This document shows, piece after piece, positions 7,897 through 16,830 of a DNA stretch of 64,000 nucleotides. Source of the stretch: Actinomycetota bacterium (lineage in GTDB: Bacteria > Actinomycetota > Geothermincolia > Fen-727 > Anoxymicrobiaceae); NCBI GenBank assembly GCA_018831265.1, contig JAHJCO010000041.1, positions 33,700-97,699 on the forward strand. Reading direction: 5' to 3'. The notes beneath the pieces were generated by a model that was not told where the DNA came from, made no database searches, and saw only the letters and a program-made list of their open reading frames with translations. The stretch's first letter is position 1. Each line of letters starts with the position of its first letter. A program made the position numbers and the translations under genes.

Positions 7897-9702
7897 ATGA
7901 GAGACGGCACGATAGGGGGCATGTTCTTCAACCGCGTGGAGAAGTACGGGGACCGGGTGATGATGAAGCACAAGGGCCCCGGAGTCTGGACCGACATCTC
8001 CTGGAACGAGTTCGGCGAAAAGGTCCGTCAGCTGGGCCTCGCGATGATAGTCTCGGGGGTTCAGCCGGGCGACCGCGTGGCGATCTTCTCGCCCAACTGC
8101 CCGGAGTGGCAGATGGCGGACATGGCCATCCAGTCGATCGGGGCGGTCAACGTCCCGCTGTATGCCACCATAACCGCGAAGCAGGCGGAGTACATACTCG
8201 AGGACTCCGGCTCGAAGATGGTTTTCGTGGGAAGCGAGGACCACATGAACAGGGTCCTGGAGGTCCGCGACAACCTGCCGGCGCTGGAGAAGATCGTGAC
8301 GATCTGCGAGACATCCTCCGATCACCCGGCGGTGATGAGCTTCGAGGAGCTTCGCATGTTCGGCGCGACCGGCGCAACGGACGACGAGTTCGGCGACCGC
8401 CTGGAGGCGGTGAAGCCCGACGATCTCTGCAGCATCGTCTATACATCGGGGACGACCGGGAACCCCAAGGGTGTAATGCTCACCCACCGCAACTTCATGT
8501 CCAACGTCCGGGCGGCATCGAGCCTGGTCGAGGTGGACGACTCGGACATCTGCCTGTCGTTCCTCCCACTGAGCCACGTGCTCGAGCGCATGAGCGGGTA
8601 CTATACGGCCGTCTACAACGGCGTCAGCATCGCGCACGCGCAGTGCATCGACACGCTCGCCGAGGACATCGCGGAAATAAAGCCCCACTGGATGGTCAGC
8701 GTCCCCCGGCTGTACGAGAAGGTCTACGCCGGCGTCCAGGCCAACGTCGCGGCCGAGCCGCCCGTCAAGCAGAAGATCTTCAACTGGGCGGTGGGCATAG
8801 GCCGTCAGGCGAGCCAGTTGAAGGTCGACCGGAGGCCTTTCCCCCTCGGGCTCAAGATAAAGTACGCGATCGCGAGCAAGCTGGTCTTCTCCAAGATAAG
8901 CGAGAAGCTTGGCGGCCGGCTCCGGTTCTTCTTCTCGGGCGGCGCCCCCCTCGCGCGCGAGATCGCCGAGTTCTTCAGCGCCCTGGGCGTTACCATCCTG
9001 GAGGGATTCGGGCTCACCGAGACATCGCCGGTGCTCACCGTGAACCGGCCCGACGCGATGAGGTTCGGCTCGGTGGGAACTCCCCTGCCCGGCGTCCAGG
9101 TGAGGATCGCTCCCGACGGCGAGATACTGGCCAGGGGACCGAACATCATGCGCGGCTACTGGAACAGGCCCGCCGATAGCTCCGAGGCCCTGGCCGACGG
9201 CTGGTTCCACACCGGCGACATCGGCCACATCGATCCCGAAGGGTTCCTGTTCATCACCGACCGCAAGAAGGACCTCATCGTCACGGCGGGCGGCAAGAAC
9301 GTCGCCCCCCAGAACGTGGAGAACGCGCTCAAGCTGGACAGCTACATCGAGCAGGCGGCGGTAATAGGCGACCGGCGCAGGTTCATCAGCGCGCTCATCG
9401 TGCCGGCGTTCGAGGTGCTGGAGGCATGGGCCGGGGAGAACGGCATCGATACCGCCGACAGGGCGAAGCTGGTCGCCGACCCCAGGGTCGTCCGGTTCAT
9501 GCAGCAGCGCGTGGACGAGGCGCAGGCCGACTTCGACCGCCACGAGCGGGTGATGAGGTTCGTGCTCCTGGGCGAGGAGATGACCGAGGAGTCCGGCCTC
9601 CTCACACCGACGCTGAAGGTCAAGCGCAAGGAGGTCGCTTCCCGGTTCGCCGAGCAGATCGAGTCGATGTACGCCGAGGAGCCCGAGCCGGCGCTGGTCT
9701 GA
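7897..9702 (+). CDS. long-chain-fatty-acid--CoA ligase (AMP-binding enzyme family)
   Basis: 601 aa. AMP-binding motif YTSGTTGNPKGVMLTHRN. AGGAGA sits 6 nt upstream. Divergent from the AOR/ADH operon. Confidence 0.9.
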   Translation: MRDGTIGGMFFNRVEKYGDRVMMKHKGPGVWTDISWNEFGEKVRQLGLAMIVSGVQPGDRVAIFSPNCPEWQMADMAIQSIGAVNVPLYATITAKQAEYILEDSGSKMVFVGSEDHMNRVLEVRDNLPALEKIVTICETSSDHPAVMSFEELRMFGATGATDDEFGDRLEAVKPDDLCSIVYTSGTTGNPKGVMLTHRNFMSNVRAASSLVEVDDSDICLSFLPLSHVLERMSGYYTAVYNGVSIAHAQCIDTLAEDIAEIKPHWMVSVPRLYEKVYAGVQANVAAEPPVKQKIFNWAVGIGRQASQLKVDRRPFPLGLKIKYAIASKLVFSKISEKLGGRLRFFFSGGAPLAREIAEFFSALGVTILEGFGLTETSPVLTVNRPDAMRFGSVGTPLPGVQVRIAPDGEILARGPNIMRGYWNRPADSSEALADGWFHTGDIGHIDPEGFLFITDRKKDLIVTAGGKNVAPQNVENALKLDSYIEQAAVIGDRRRFISALIVPAFEVLEAWAGENGIDTADRAKLVADPRVVRFMQQRVDEAQADFDRHERVMRFVLLGEEMTEESGLLTPTLKVKRKEVASRFAEQIESMYAEEPEPALV

Positions 9703-9745
9703 TCACTTTGGGGGCCTACCCGGCCCCCCTCCGCAAGGGAGACAA

Positions 9746-9790
9746 GAGCGGGCGGCATGCTTCATGCGCCGCCCGCTCGACCCGTTTTAT
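9746..9790 (+). terminator. intrinsic terminator: 11-bp GC stem (GAGCGGGCGGC...GCCGCCCGCTC) followed by a GTTTTAT tract
   Basis: Perfect inverted repeat plus T-run 45 nt after the fadD-like stop. Confidence 0.55.
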
Positions 9791-9855
9791 GGCGACCTCC
9801 CGCTTCGAGTGCTTTAATTGACTCGAGCCACTGTGCGTCTACCGGGAGGATGACC

Positions 9856-10014
9856 ATGTGTCCGAACTACGTCGAGAAATGCTGCACCCTGGAGCCGGAG
9901 AAGGGCGAGGTCGCCCAGCCGCTGCCGGTCTACTTCTGCAAGGGGCTCAAACCGGACTCCCACCTGGAATGCCCGGTGTTCAAGACCAGGGCGGCCGAGG
10001 AGAAGAAGGAATAG
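9856..10014 (+). CDS. small cysteine-rich hypothetical protein (52 aa, 6 Cys)
   Basis: MCPNYVEKCCTLEPEKG...YFCKG...LECPVF. GGAGG lies 7 nt upstream of ATG 9856. No family recognised; it could be a leader peptide for the downstream membrane-protein/MmpL genes. Confidence 0.35.
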   Translation: MCPNYVEKCCTLEPEKGEVAQPLPVYFCKGLKPDSHLECPVFKTRAAEEKKE

Positions 10015-10078
10015 CACCCCCACCCAGGCCCTCCCCCCTCGAGGGGGAGGGAGGAATCGGGCTCGTGAAAGCAGGGCT

Positions 10079-11287
10079 GTGGCAAGGGCCAGGAACGCGA
10101 TAGGGAACACGCTCGTACTTATCGGCGTCGCGATGCTCATCTTCGCGGTGCTCTGGTGGGGCGTGGCAGTAAAACGAATCGTCGTCTTCCCGAGGGGATA
10201 CGATCTCTCGTTCCGCGCCGAAGCCACCGTAACCCGCCTCGCCGAGAAGCACGGCCTGCTCGAGACAACTCCCGCTCAGACGGGTCGGGTCGCACTCGAC
10301 CGCAACCTCTCGTCGATGGACGGCGACTACCACGGCGACATAGCGGTGGTGGAGGAGGTCATCGAGGCCGACGGGCAGGCTCCCTTCGGGCTGAACCTCG
10401 ACGAGCGCAACATCTACGTGATGGACCGGCGCAGTTGCGAGAACATGAGCAGCACCCTTTCGACATCATCCGGCGAGGTGGTTGACCGGTCAGGCTCCTG
10501 GTACGTGAACTTCCCGTTCGGCGCGGGCAGGGACAGCCGCAACCTGTTCGACAACGACGTCGCCTCCGCGTTCGCGGTCAGCTTCGAGAAGAAGGACGTG
10601 ATCAACGGCGTCGGCGTGTATCTCTTCAAGGGTTCTCACGGCCATCGGCCCATGGTGGATCACGAGGTCAGGGCCATCGGTCTTCCCACGGAGACGACGT
10701 TCGGGGAGATCAAGGGAGAGCTCGCGGCCGCCGGCATACCTATCGACACTCTGGTGCGGTCCGCCTCCAGCAACCTGACCTCGGAGGAGCGGCAGACCTT
10801 CGCGCAGTTCCCCGACTCGCGGCCCATCGCGCTCGAGTACAGCATCAAGCTGGAGTGGGCAGGGGCCGTAGAGCCGGTGACGGGGACGATCGTGAAGATC
10901 GGGCGCTGCCGGAGATCCGTGTACGTGAACACGGAGGTAAGGGCGTTCCTGCCGCTCTTCGAGATACTGGCGAGGCACGCAGAGGACCCCCAGGTCCTGC
11001 AGTACCTGAGCCAGGTCGAACAGCAGAAGCTGCTGGAGCCCAAGGAGCTGTACCGCATCGATTACGGATGGACGGACGCTCAGGCCGCCCAGGCGACCGA
11101 GTACGCGGGTAGCCGTATCGGCCCGATGCGTTTCGTGCAGGACTACATGGTAACCATGTTCCTGCTGCTCGGTGCGGGGTTCTTCCTCGGCGGCTTCATT
11201 GTCCGCAGGAAGGAGCACATGAGGACCGCGCACGACGCGGCGGGCCCGGACGAAGGGAAAGGCGCTGAGGAAGAAAAAGGGCCCTGA
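10079..11287 (+). CDS. membrane-anchored hypothetical protein (N- and C-terminal TM helices), possibly DUF3068-like MmpL accessory protein
   Basis: 402 aa with TM helices near both ends and a large middle domain. Lies directly upstream of an MMPL transporter, as DUF3068 proteins do in Actinobacteria. Assignment is from topology and context only. Confidence 0.45.
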   Translation: MARARNAIGNTLVLIGVAMLIFAVLWWGVAVKRIVVFPRGYDLSFRAEATVTRLAEKHGLLETTPAQTGRVALDRNLSSMDGDYHGDIAVVEEVIEADGQAPFGLNLDERNIYVMDRRSCENMSSTLSTSSGEVVDRSGSWYVNFPFGAGRDSRNLFDNDVASAFAVSFEKKDVINGVGVYLFKGSHGHRPMVDHEVRAIGLPTETTFGEIKGELAAAGIPIDTLVRSASSNLTSEERQTFAQFPDSRPIALEYSIKLEWAGAVEPVTGTIVKIGRCRRSVYVNTEVRAFLPLFEILARHAEDPQVLQYLSQVEQQKLLEPKELYRIDYGWTDAQAAQATEYAGSRIGPMRFVQDYMVTMFLLLGAGFFLGGFIVRRKEHMRTAHDAAGPDEGKGAEEEKGP

Positions 11288-11345
11288 TCTGCGGACAAGG
11301 GCGCTGAGCTGGATAGGGAGCACCGCGACCAGGCGCTGGTACCTG

Positions 11346-13625
11346 GTGCTGCTGCTGGTCGCCGCCTCTCTGGTGCCATGCTTCTTCGCGATCCGGACGC
11401 TTCAGGTGAGCACGCGCTACGTCGACCTCCTCCCCCAGGAGCATGCGGCGGTCAAGAACTACTTCAAGGCGTTCGAGAAGTTCGGCGGCACCGACTACAT
11501 GATCGTGCTCATCGAGGCGAATGACGCCGGGCAGGCCCGCGGGCTGGCCGACGAGATGGCCTTCGAGATGGACGAGACCGGCCGGTTCAAGTACATCCAG
11601 TACAAGGCGGACGTGACCCGGTTCCAGCGATACGGGCTCCTGTTCCTGGACAAGGACACGCTGAACGAGCTGGACCGGCTGCTGGCCGAGAGGAACATCG
11701 ACGAGCTCGCGAAGATGGCGCAGTCGTTCCTGGCGCTGCGCGAGGAGCTCTCGCAGGCGTTCGGCGGCGGTATAACAATAGATGACCAGGGGTACTTCAC
11801 CAGCGACGACGGCAAATCGGTGCTGCTGGTGGCCCGGCCGTCCTTCAACGCGGACGACAGCGCGAAGGCCGGTCCCCTGGGCAGGGAGATGGGCGAGCTC
11901 GCCGGCGACATGGAGAAGCAGAACCCGGGCGTCAAGGTGTGGCAGGCGGGCAACTACGCGCTGCAGTACGAGCAGAGGAACGTGGTCAACCGCGACATCC
12001 TGGTGGTGGGGCTGATAGCCCTCCTGGCGATCGTGGTGGTGCTGGCCGTCGCCTTCAGGGGTCTGACCGAGCCGCTGCTGGCCATCGCTTCGCTGGGTGT
12101 GGGCGTGATGTGGACGCTGGCCTTCGCGCGGATGACGGTGAAGTCCCTGAACACGGTGTCGTCGGTCTTCGCCGCCGTGCTGATGGGCATCGGCATGGAG
12201 TACGGCATAGCGCTCCTGGCACGTTACCGGGAGGAGAGGGACCGGGGCAGCGACGGCCGGCAGGCGTTCGTGTCCGCGCTGTCAAACACCGGGAAGGGGA
12301 TAATCACCGGCGCGCTTACCACCGCCGGCGCCTTCTACGCCATAGTCTTCTCCGAGTTCAAGGCCATGCACGACATGGGACTGGTCCTGGGCACGGGCGT
12401 GCTGTGCACTCTGCTCGCCACCTTCTTCGTCCTGCCCGCCCTGATGACCATGAAGGAGAAGCTGATCCCCTACAAGCCCAGGGAAGGCGAGAGCTCCAGC
12501 AGGCTGATGCGCCGGGAGGGCTCGTTCGTCGCCGGGCGCCCGTGGTGGATCATCGTGGTGGGGCTGGTGATAACCATCGGCCTGGGGACCAGCGCGGGCT
12601 TCATCAAGTACGAGAGCAACATCCGCAAGGTGGAGCCGCGGGGGATGGAGGTGACAGAAGCCGAGGAGAAGCTGGCTTCCGAGTTCGGCATGGGCTCGGA
12701 CTTCGTGATCGTGCTGTCGAACAACGAACCGGCCATGCGAGAGGTGACCGATAAGCTGGCGGAGCTGCCCAGCGTGCGGGCGGTCGAGTCCCTGGCGACC
12801 ATCATCCCGTCGGAACAGCTCGGCAAGCTGGTGCTGATGTCGCGCATAAGGACCAAGATCCAGAGCATCAACCCGGACTGGCTGTCCTACGTGCCGCCGG
12901 AGATGCTCGTCGTGCTGGACGACATAGGCTCGGACACCCTCACCGTGGACAAGCTGCCCTCGGACGTGCTGCAGAAGTACGTCTCCACCGACGGGACGTA
13001 CGCGACCTACGTCTATCCCAGGAAGAGCATGTCCGAGGAGAAGAACGTCAACGAGTTCCTCGACCAGGTGCGGCAGGTGTCCACGGACGTGATCGGCTTC
13101 CCGGTGATAGTGCAGGACCTGCTGGAGTCGACCCGCAAGGGCCTGAGCGATACCACCCTGCTCTCGGCGGTGGTGGTCATGCTGATGGTGGTGATCGACT
13201 TCCAGGCGGTGCTACCCTCGCTGCTGGCGCTGCTCCCGCTGGCCTTCGCCATGGTCTGGATGATCGGGGCGTTCAACCTTCTTGGGATGAAGTTCAACAT
13301 AGTCAACATCGCCGTCACGCCCATGATACTGGGCATCGGGGTGGACTTCGGCGTCTACGTGCTGCACCGCTACGAGGAGGAGCACCTCCTGGAGGGCGAG
13401 ACCATCCCCTCCGTGCTCGCACATACCGGCAAGGCCATACTGGTCTCGGGCCTGACCGTGGTGGCGGCGTTCGCCGCTCTGTTGCTGGCGCGCTACCGGG
13501 GGCTGGCCTCCCTGGGTCTGGCGGCGGCGCTCGGCATCGGCTCGGCGGTGATAATCTCGGTGACGCTGCTGCCGGCCATCCTGCGGGTCCTTGAGAAGAA
13601 GCGCAAGAGCGGCCGCGCCTTCTGA
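11346..13625 (+). CDS. MMPL/RND-superfamily lipid exporter (MmpL-like)
   Basis: 759 aa with two 6-TM bundles and two soluble loops. Start is GTG/ATG-ambiguous, but the family is clear from the TM architecture and conserved GxxxD/E patches. Confidence 0.8.
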   Translation: MLLLVAASLVPCFFAIRTLQVSTRYVDLLPQEHAAVKNYFKAFEKFGGTDYMIVLIEANDAGQARGLADEMAFEMDETGRFKYIQYKADVTRFQRYGLLFLDKDTLNELDRLLAERNIDELAKMAQSFLALREELSQAFGGGITIDDQGYFTSDDGKSVLLVARPSFNADDSAKAGPLGREMGELAGDMEKQNPGVKVWQAGNYALQYEQRNVVNRDILVVGLIALLAIVVVLAVAFRGLTEPLLAIASLGVGVMWTLAFARMTVKSLNTVSSVFAAVLMGIGMEYGIALLARYREERDRGSDGRQAFVSALSNTGKGIITGALTTAGAFYAIVFSEFKAMHDMGLVLGTGVLCTLLATFFVLPALMTMKEKLIPYKPREGESSSRLMRREGSFVAGRPWWIIVVGLVITIGLGTSAGFIKYESNIRKVEPRGMEVTEAEEKLASEFGMGSDFVIVLSNNEPAMREVTDKLAELPSVRAVESLATIIPSEQLGKLVLMSRIRTKIQSINPDWLSYVPPEMLVVLDDIGSDTLTVDKLPSDVLQKYVSTDGTYATYVYPRKSMSEEKNVNEFLDQVRQVSTDVIGFPVIVQDLLESTRKGLSDTTLLSAVVVMLMVVIDFQAVLPSLLALLPLAFAMVWMIGAFNLLGMKFNIVNIAVTPMILGIGVDFGVYVLHRYEEEHLLEGETIPSVLAHTGKAILVSGLTVVAAFAALLLARYRGLASLGLAAALGIGSAVIISVTLLPAILRVLEKKRKSGRAF

Positions 13626-13770
13626 AAGAAAACCTCAGACCATTTCTTTCATCCATGAAAGAAAACCTCAGACCATTTCTTTCATCCATGGCCTGAGACT
13701 GATCTTCTGTGAAACTTCTGGTCTGAGGTAATCTTTCAGTGAAACTTTTGGTCTGAGGTAATCTTTCAGT
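13625..13770. repeat. 4 tandem units of an AT-rich ~30-bp element (2x GAAAGAAAACCTCAGACCATTTCTTTCATCCATG, then 2x inverted variant CTGAAAGATTACCTCAGACCARAAGTTTCAC)
   Basis: Read directly; begins at the MmpL stop. The same element recurs at 38776, 49844 and 51876. Not CRISPR-like: there are no unique spacers. Confidence 0.8.
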
Positions 13771-13771
13771 A

Positions 13772-14890
13772 TTAGGTCTTGCCCAGCTCCGGAGCGAGTT
13801 CGCCTGAGGGTTCCTCGGCGCGGCGTCGCAGCGGGAACATGGAAAGGCCGATGAGACCGGCCGCTATCGGCAGCCAGAAGGAGAAGAGGCGGTAGGCAAG
13901 GACCCCGGCTATGGCGACCTCCGGCCTGATGCCCATGGCCACGTACACCAGGACCAGGCTGCCCTCGACCAGGCCCAGCCCCCCGTGGGTCACCGGCACC
14001 ACCATCATCGCCATCCCGATCCCGTAGCCGAAGAGGAGGACCCAGAGGTTCACGCCGCGGGAGAACGCCAGGAAGCAGGCGGCCAGGCAGAGCATGTCGA
14101 ACGCCCAGTAACCGACCGATCCGGCCATGGCGCCGGAGAGGCGGCCCCGACCCCCCAGGAACGATCGCAGCTGCGCCCCCGACTCCACCACGGTCTCGTC
14201 CACCTTCTCGCTGAGCCTGATCCTGCCGCGGGATACCTTCAGCAGCCGTGGCCGCAACCACCGCAGGCTCGAAAGCAGGACGTCGGTCCTCACCAGCAGC
14301 CAGAAGCAGGCCGCGAACACACCGCTCAACAGGGCCGCCCCGGCGAGCGCCGCGGCAGCGTAGCCCGAAGACAGCAGGCCCGTGACCGTCGTCATCACCG
14401 CGCCTAAGCAGAAGAAGGCCGCCAGTACCGCGCCCGAGACCAGGTTGGCGACGACCACGTAGGCGACGCTGCGCTCGGGCGTGCAACCGTTGTTGGTCAA
14501 CCCCTTGTAGTAGAAGTAGAGCCCCCCGGCCCCGCCTCCCGGCGTCACGTTGCCTATGCCGTACGCCGTGACCTGCGTGTGCAGCGCTCGCGGGAAGGTG
14601 AAGCGCGGAGTGCCCGGCCTGCACAGCCGGTAGAAGAAGTACGAGTAGCCCAGGTAGCTCACCGCCTCCAGCCCGAAGGCGACGCCGATCAGCCGCAGGT
14701 CGGCCCCACGGATGACCCGCAGGGTCCTGGCAAGGCTGGACCGCTGGCTCAGCACCGTGTAGAGGGCGAACGCCACCAGTGCCACCACCAGAAGGTCCAG
14801 CAGCAGCTTGAAGTGCCGGCTCGCGCTTCCTTTCTGAGGGGAATCCACCGGTTGCCTCCAACCAGGAATCGAGGTAGGTCTATAGTACAC
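13772..14890 (-). CDS. integral membrane protein, lysylphosphatidylglycerol-synthase TM-region/UPF0104 (flippase-like) family
   Basis: 372 aa, ~8 TM helices, with the ...AYRLFSFWLPIAAG... motif typical of the LPG_synthase_TM domain. The overlapping ORF 13668..14861 in another frame was rejected. Confidence 0.5.
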   Translation of the reverse strand: MYYRPTSIPGWRQPVDSPQKGSASRHFKLLLDLLVVALVAFALYTVLSQRSSLARTLRVIRGADLRLIGVAFGLEAVSYLGYSYFFYRLCRPGTPRFTFPRALHTQVTAYGIGNVTPGGGAGGLYFYYKGLTNNGCTPERSVAYVVVANLVSGAVLAAFFCLGAVMTTVTGLLSSGYAAAALAGAALLSGVFAACFWLLVRTDVLLSSLRWLRPRLLKVSRGRIRLSEKVDETVVESGAQLRSFLGGRGRLSGAMAGSVGYWAFDMLCLAACFLAFSRGVNLWVLLFGYGIGMAMMVVPVTHGGLGLVEGSLVLVYVAMGIRPEVAIAGVLAYRLFSFWLPIAAGLIGLSMFPLRRRAEEPSGELAPELGKT

Positions 14891-14951
14891 TGAAGGTCAG
14901 TGGTATCCTACCGGCGGAGGCCCGCCGGACCGCCGAGAAACGGGAAAGGGA

Positions 14952-15485
14952 TTGCAGGAAACATCATCAGCCGAAGCCATACCGGCCAGGAAGCGCGTCG
15001 CGGACATGCTGACGGCCTCGCGGCTGGTGATCGCTCTCGCAGTGATCACGGTCGGGCTGCTGTTCGGTCGCGAGGCGGTCGGCATCGTTCTCATGCTGAT
15101 CCTCATCGGGTGGACCACCGACGTGGTGGACGGGCAGCTCGCCCGCAGCCTGGAGACCCCCGTGCAGAGCCGGATCGGCGACAACGACCTCGCCGTCGAC
15201 CTGGTCCTGGACCTGGCGGGTTACATCTACTTCATCGCATGCGGGTTCCTGGCGCCGGTCTGGTCGCTGGGATACCTGCTGGCGGCGTGCATAATCGTGA
15301 GCTTCGTGCGGACCCGACGTATCATCCTTATACTGGAGATGCCGCTGCTCATGATCACGCCGATAATCGCCTTCACCCAGCTCAACTGGGTAAGTATCAT
15401 CTACGTGGCCTGGCTCCTGGGGATCCTGGCCTACAACTGGAGCCGGATGATATCCATCATCGGCTTCATGTGGGGCAGGGACTAA
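14952..15485 (+). CDS. CDP-alcohol phosphatidyltransferase
   Basis: Signature D-G-x2-A-R-x8-G-x3-D-x3-D is present (DVVDGQLARSLETPVQSRIGDNDLAVDLVLD), with multiple TM helices. Confidence 0.8.
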   Translation: MQETSSAEAIPARKRVADMLTASRLVIALAVITVGLLFGREAVGIVLMLILIGWTTDVVDGQLARSLETPVQSRIGDNDLAVDLVLDLAGYIYFIACGFLAPVWSLGYLLAACIIVSFVRTRRIILILEMPLLMITPIIAFTQLNWVSIIYVAWLLGILAYNWSRMISIIGFMWGRD

Positions 15486-15508
15486 AAGCCGGCTCGTTAG
15501 AGACTATT

Positions 15509-15573
15509 CCCCCTCTCCCCTCGGGGGAGAGGGTCGGGGTGACTATTCCTCCCTCCCCCTTGAGGGGGGAGGG
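15509..15573. terminator. two tandem G/C-run hairpins (CCCCCTCTCCCC-TCG-GGGGAGAGGG and CCTCCCTCCCCC-TTGA-GGGGGGAGGG)
   Basis: Sits between convergent genes. The same hairpin type recurs at 10029, 35868 and 38870. Confidence 0.5.
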
Positions 15574-15642
15574 CTGGGGTGGGGGTGATTCGCTGAAGCG
15601 AGTGACTTGAATCCCGCCTGACCCCGATTCGAGTCAGACTCC

Positions 15643-16815
15643 CTATAGCCTGATCGTGATATCGCCCAGCGGGTAGGACATGCAGGGATGGATGTAGCCG
15701 AAAGCCACGTCGGCCTTGCGCAGCACCACCGAGGCGGGCATGAACACCTCGCCGGAAACCAGTTGAGAGCGGCAGACCCCGCATTCCCCCGAGCGGCAGA
15801 GGTTCTCGACCGCGACACCGTTGCGCTCGAGCGAGTTGAGCAGCGGCTCCCCGCAAAGGGCCTCGAAGCTCGACCGCGTGCCCTCTATCCTGACGGTGGC
15901 CTTCTTCGAGGGCTTGATCTTCTTCGGCCAGCCTTCGACCAGGGTAATGTCAGGCGGCGGGCCGCTCGCCTCCTTCTTGACGCTCGCCGGGGAGACCCCG
16001 AGCCCCTCCAGCGCCCCGGTGCACAGCCCGTACATCGCGTGGGGCCCGCAGATGAAGAACGTCTTGCCCTCCGCCCCGTCCAGCAGGGACGAGAGCATCG
16101 GAGCGTCGAGGAAGCCGCGGCAGCCGCTGAACTCGTCCGGCGGCTCGCTGATTACCAGGTCCAGCCGGAAGCTCTCATGGGTACGGGCCATCGCGGCCAG
16201 CTCATCCTCGAAGATGACATCGTCGAGGGTGCGCGAGCCGTACACCAGGTGGACGCGCGGCCCGGCGTCCAGGTCGGCGAAAGAGCGGACCATGCTCATG
16301 AAGGGGGTCACGCCGCTGCCCCCGGCCAGGAACACCAGCTCACGTGAGTCGGTCATCGGCTCGTGGTAGAAGGAGCCCCCGGGGCCCGAGAGCTCGAAGA
16401 CGTCGCCCACGGCGGCTTCTTCGCAGAGGTACACCGAGACGAACCCTGACGGCATCTTACGAACCGTGATGTCCAGGTAGCTCCTGGTGGGAGGAGACGA
16501 GACACTGTAGGCGCGGCTGGTGCGCACCCCGCCCACCTCGCAGAGTAGGGCGAAGAACTGCCCCGCGCGAAACGGCGGGAACGGCTCGCCGACCGGCACC
16601 AGGCGGAGCGTCCTGGTGCTGGCCGTCTCCTCTATGATCTCCGCGACCCTGCCGGGCACGCGCCGGGGGTGCAGGCGCTCCACCAGCTCGTCGGGGAGCC
16701 CCGGCTCCACGTCCCTGACGTCGGCCAGCGAATCGGCCACCATCTGCTTGCCCAGCACGAGCCCGATGGAGGCCACGTCGTGAAGCCCGTCGGCCAGGTC
16801 CCTCAGCGCCATCAC
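15643..16815 (-). CDS. ferredoxin-reductase-type oxidoreductase: FAD-binding + NAD(P)-binding + C-terminal plant-type 2Fe-2S ferredoxin domain
   Basis: RxYS FAD motif (RAYSVSSPP), GGSGVTP NAD-binding motif, and C-terminal CRSGECGVCRS...C cluster. Confidence 0.8.
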   Translation of the reverse strand: MMALRDLADGLHDVASIGLVLGKQMVADSLADVRDVEPGLPDELVERLHPRRVPGRVAEIIEETASTRTLRLVPVGEPFPPFRAGQFFALLCEVGGVRTSRAYSVSSPPTRSYLDITVRKMPSGFVSVYLCEEAAVGDVFELSGPGGSFYHEPMTDSRELVFLAGGSGVTPFMSMVRSFADLDAGPRVHLVYGSRTLDDVIFEDELAAMARTHESFRLDLVISEPPDEFSGCRGFLDAPMLSSLLDGAEGKTFFICGPHAMYGLCTGALEGLGVSPASVKKEASGPPPDITLVEGWPKKIKPSKKATVRIEGTRSSFEALCGEPLLNSLERNGVAVENLCRSGECGVCRSQLVSGEVFMPASVVLRKADVAFGYIHPCMSYPLGDITIRL

Positions 16816-16830
16816 ACTCTCCTTATGAGT

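Noticed and set aside
11939-12754. 271-aa ORF inside the MmpL gene in a different frame
   Set aside because: It is embedded in a gene with clear RND/MMPL architecture and its low-complexity Arg/Gly-rich translation is a high-GC artefact.
13625-13770. Tandem direct repeats considered as a possible CRISPR array
   Set aside because: Only four units, two of them inverted variants, with no unique spacers of regular length and no cas genes nearby. They belong to a dispersed AT-rich repeat family instead.
13668-14861. Alternative-frame 397-aa ORF overlapping the LPG-synthase-TM-like gene on the same strand
   Set aside because: Its translation is Gly/Arg/Ala-rich with no TM helices or motifs, whereas the 13772-14890 frame gives a coherent 8-TM protein with a known family motif.
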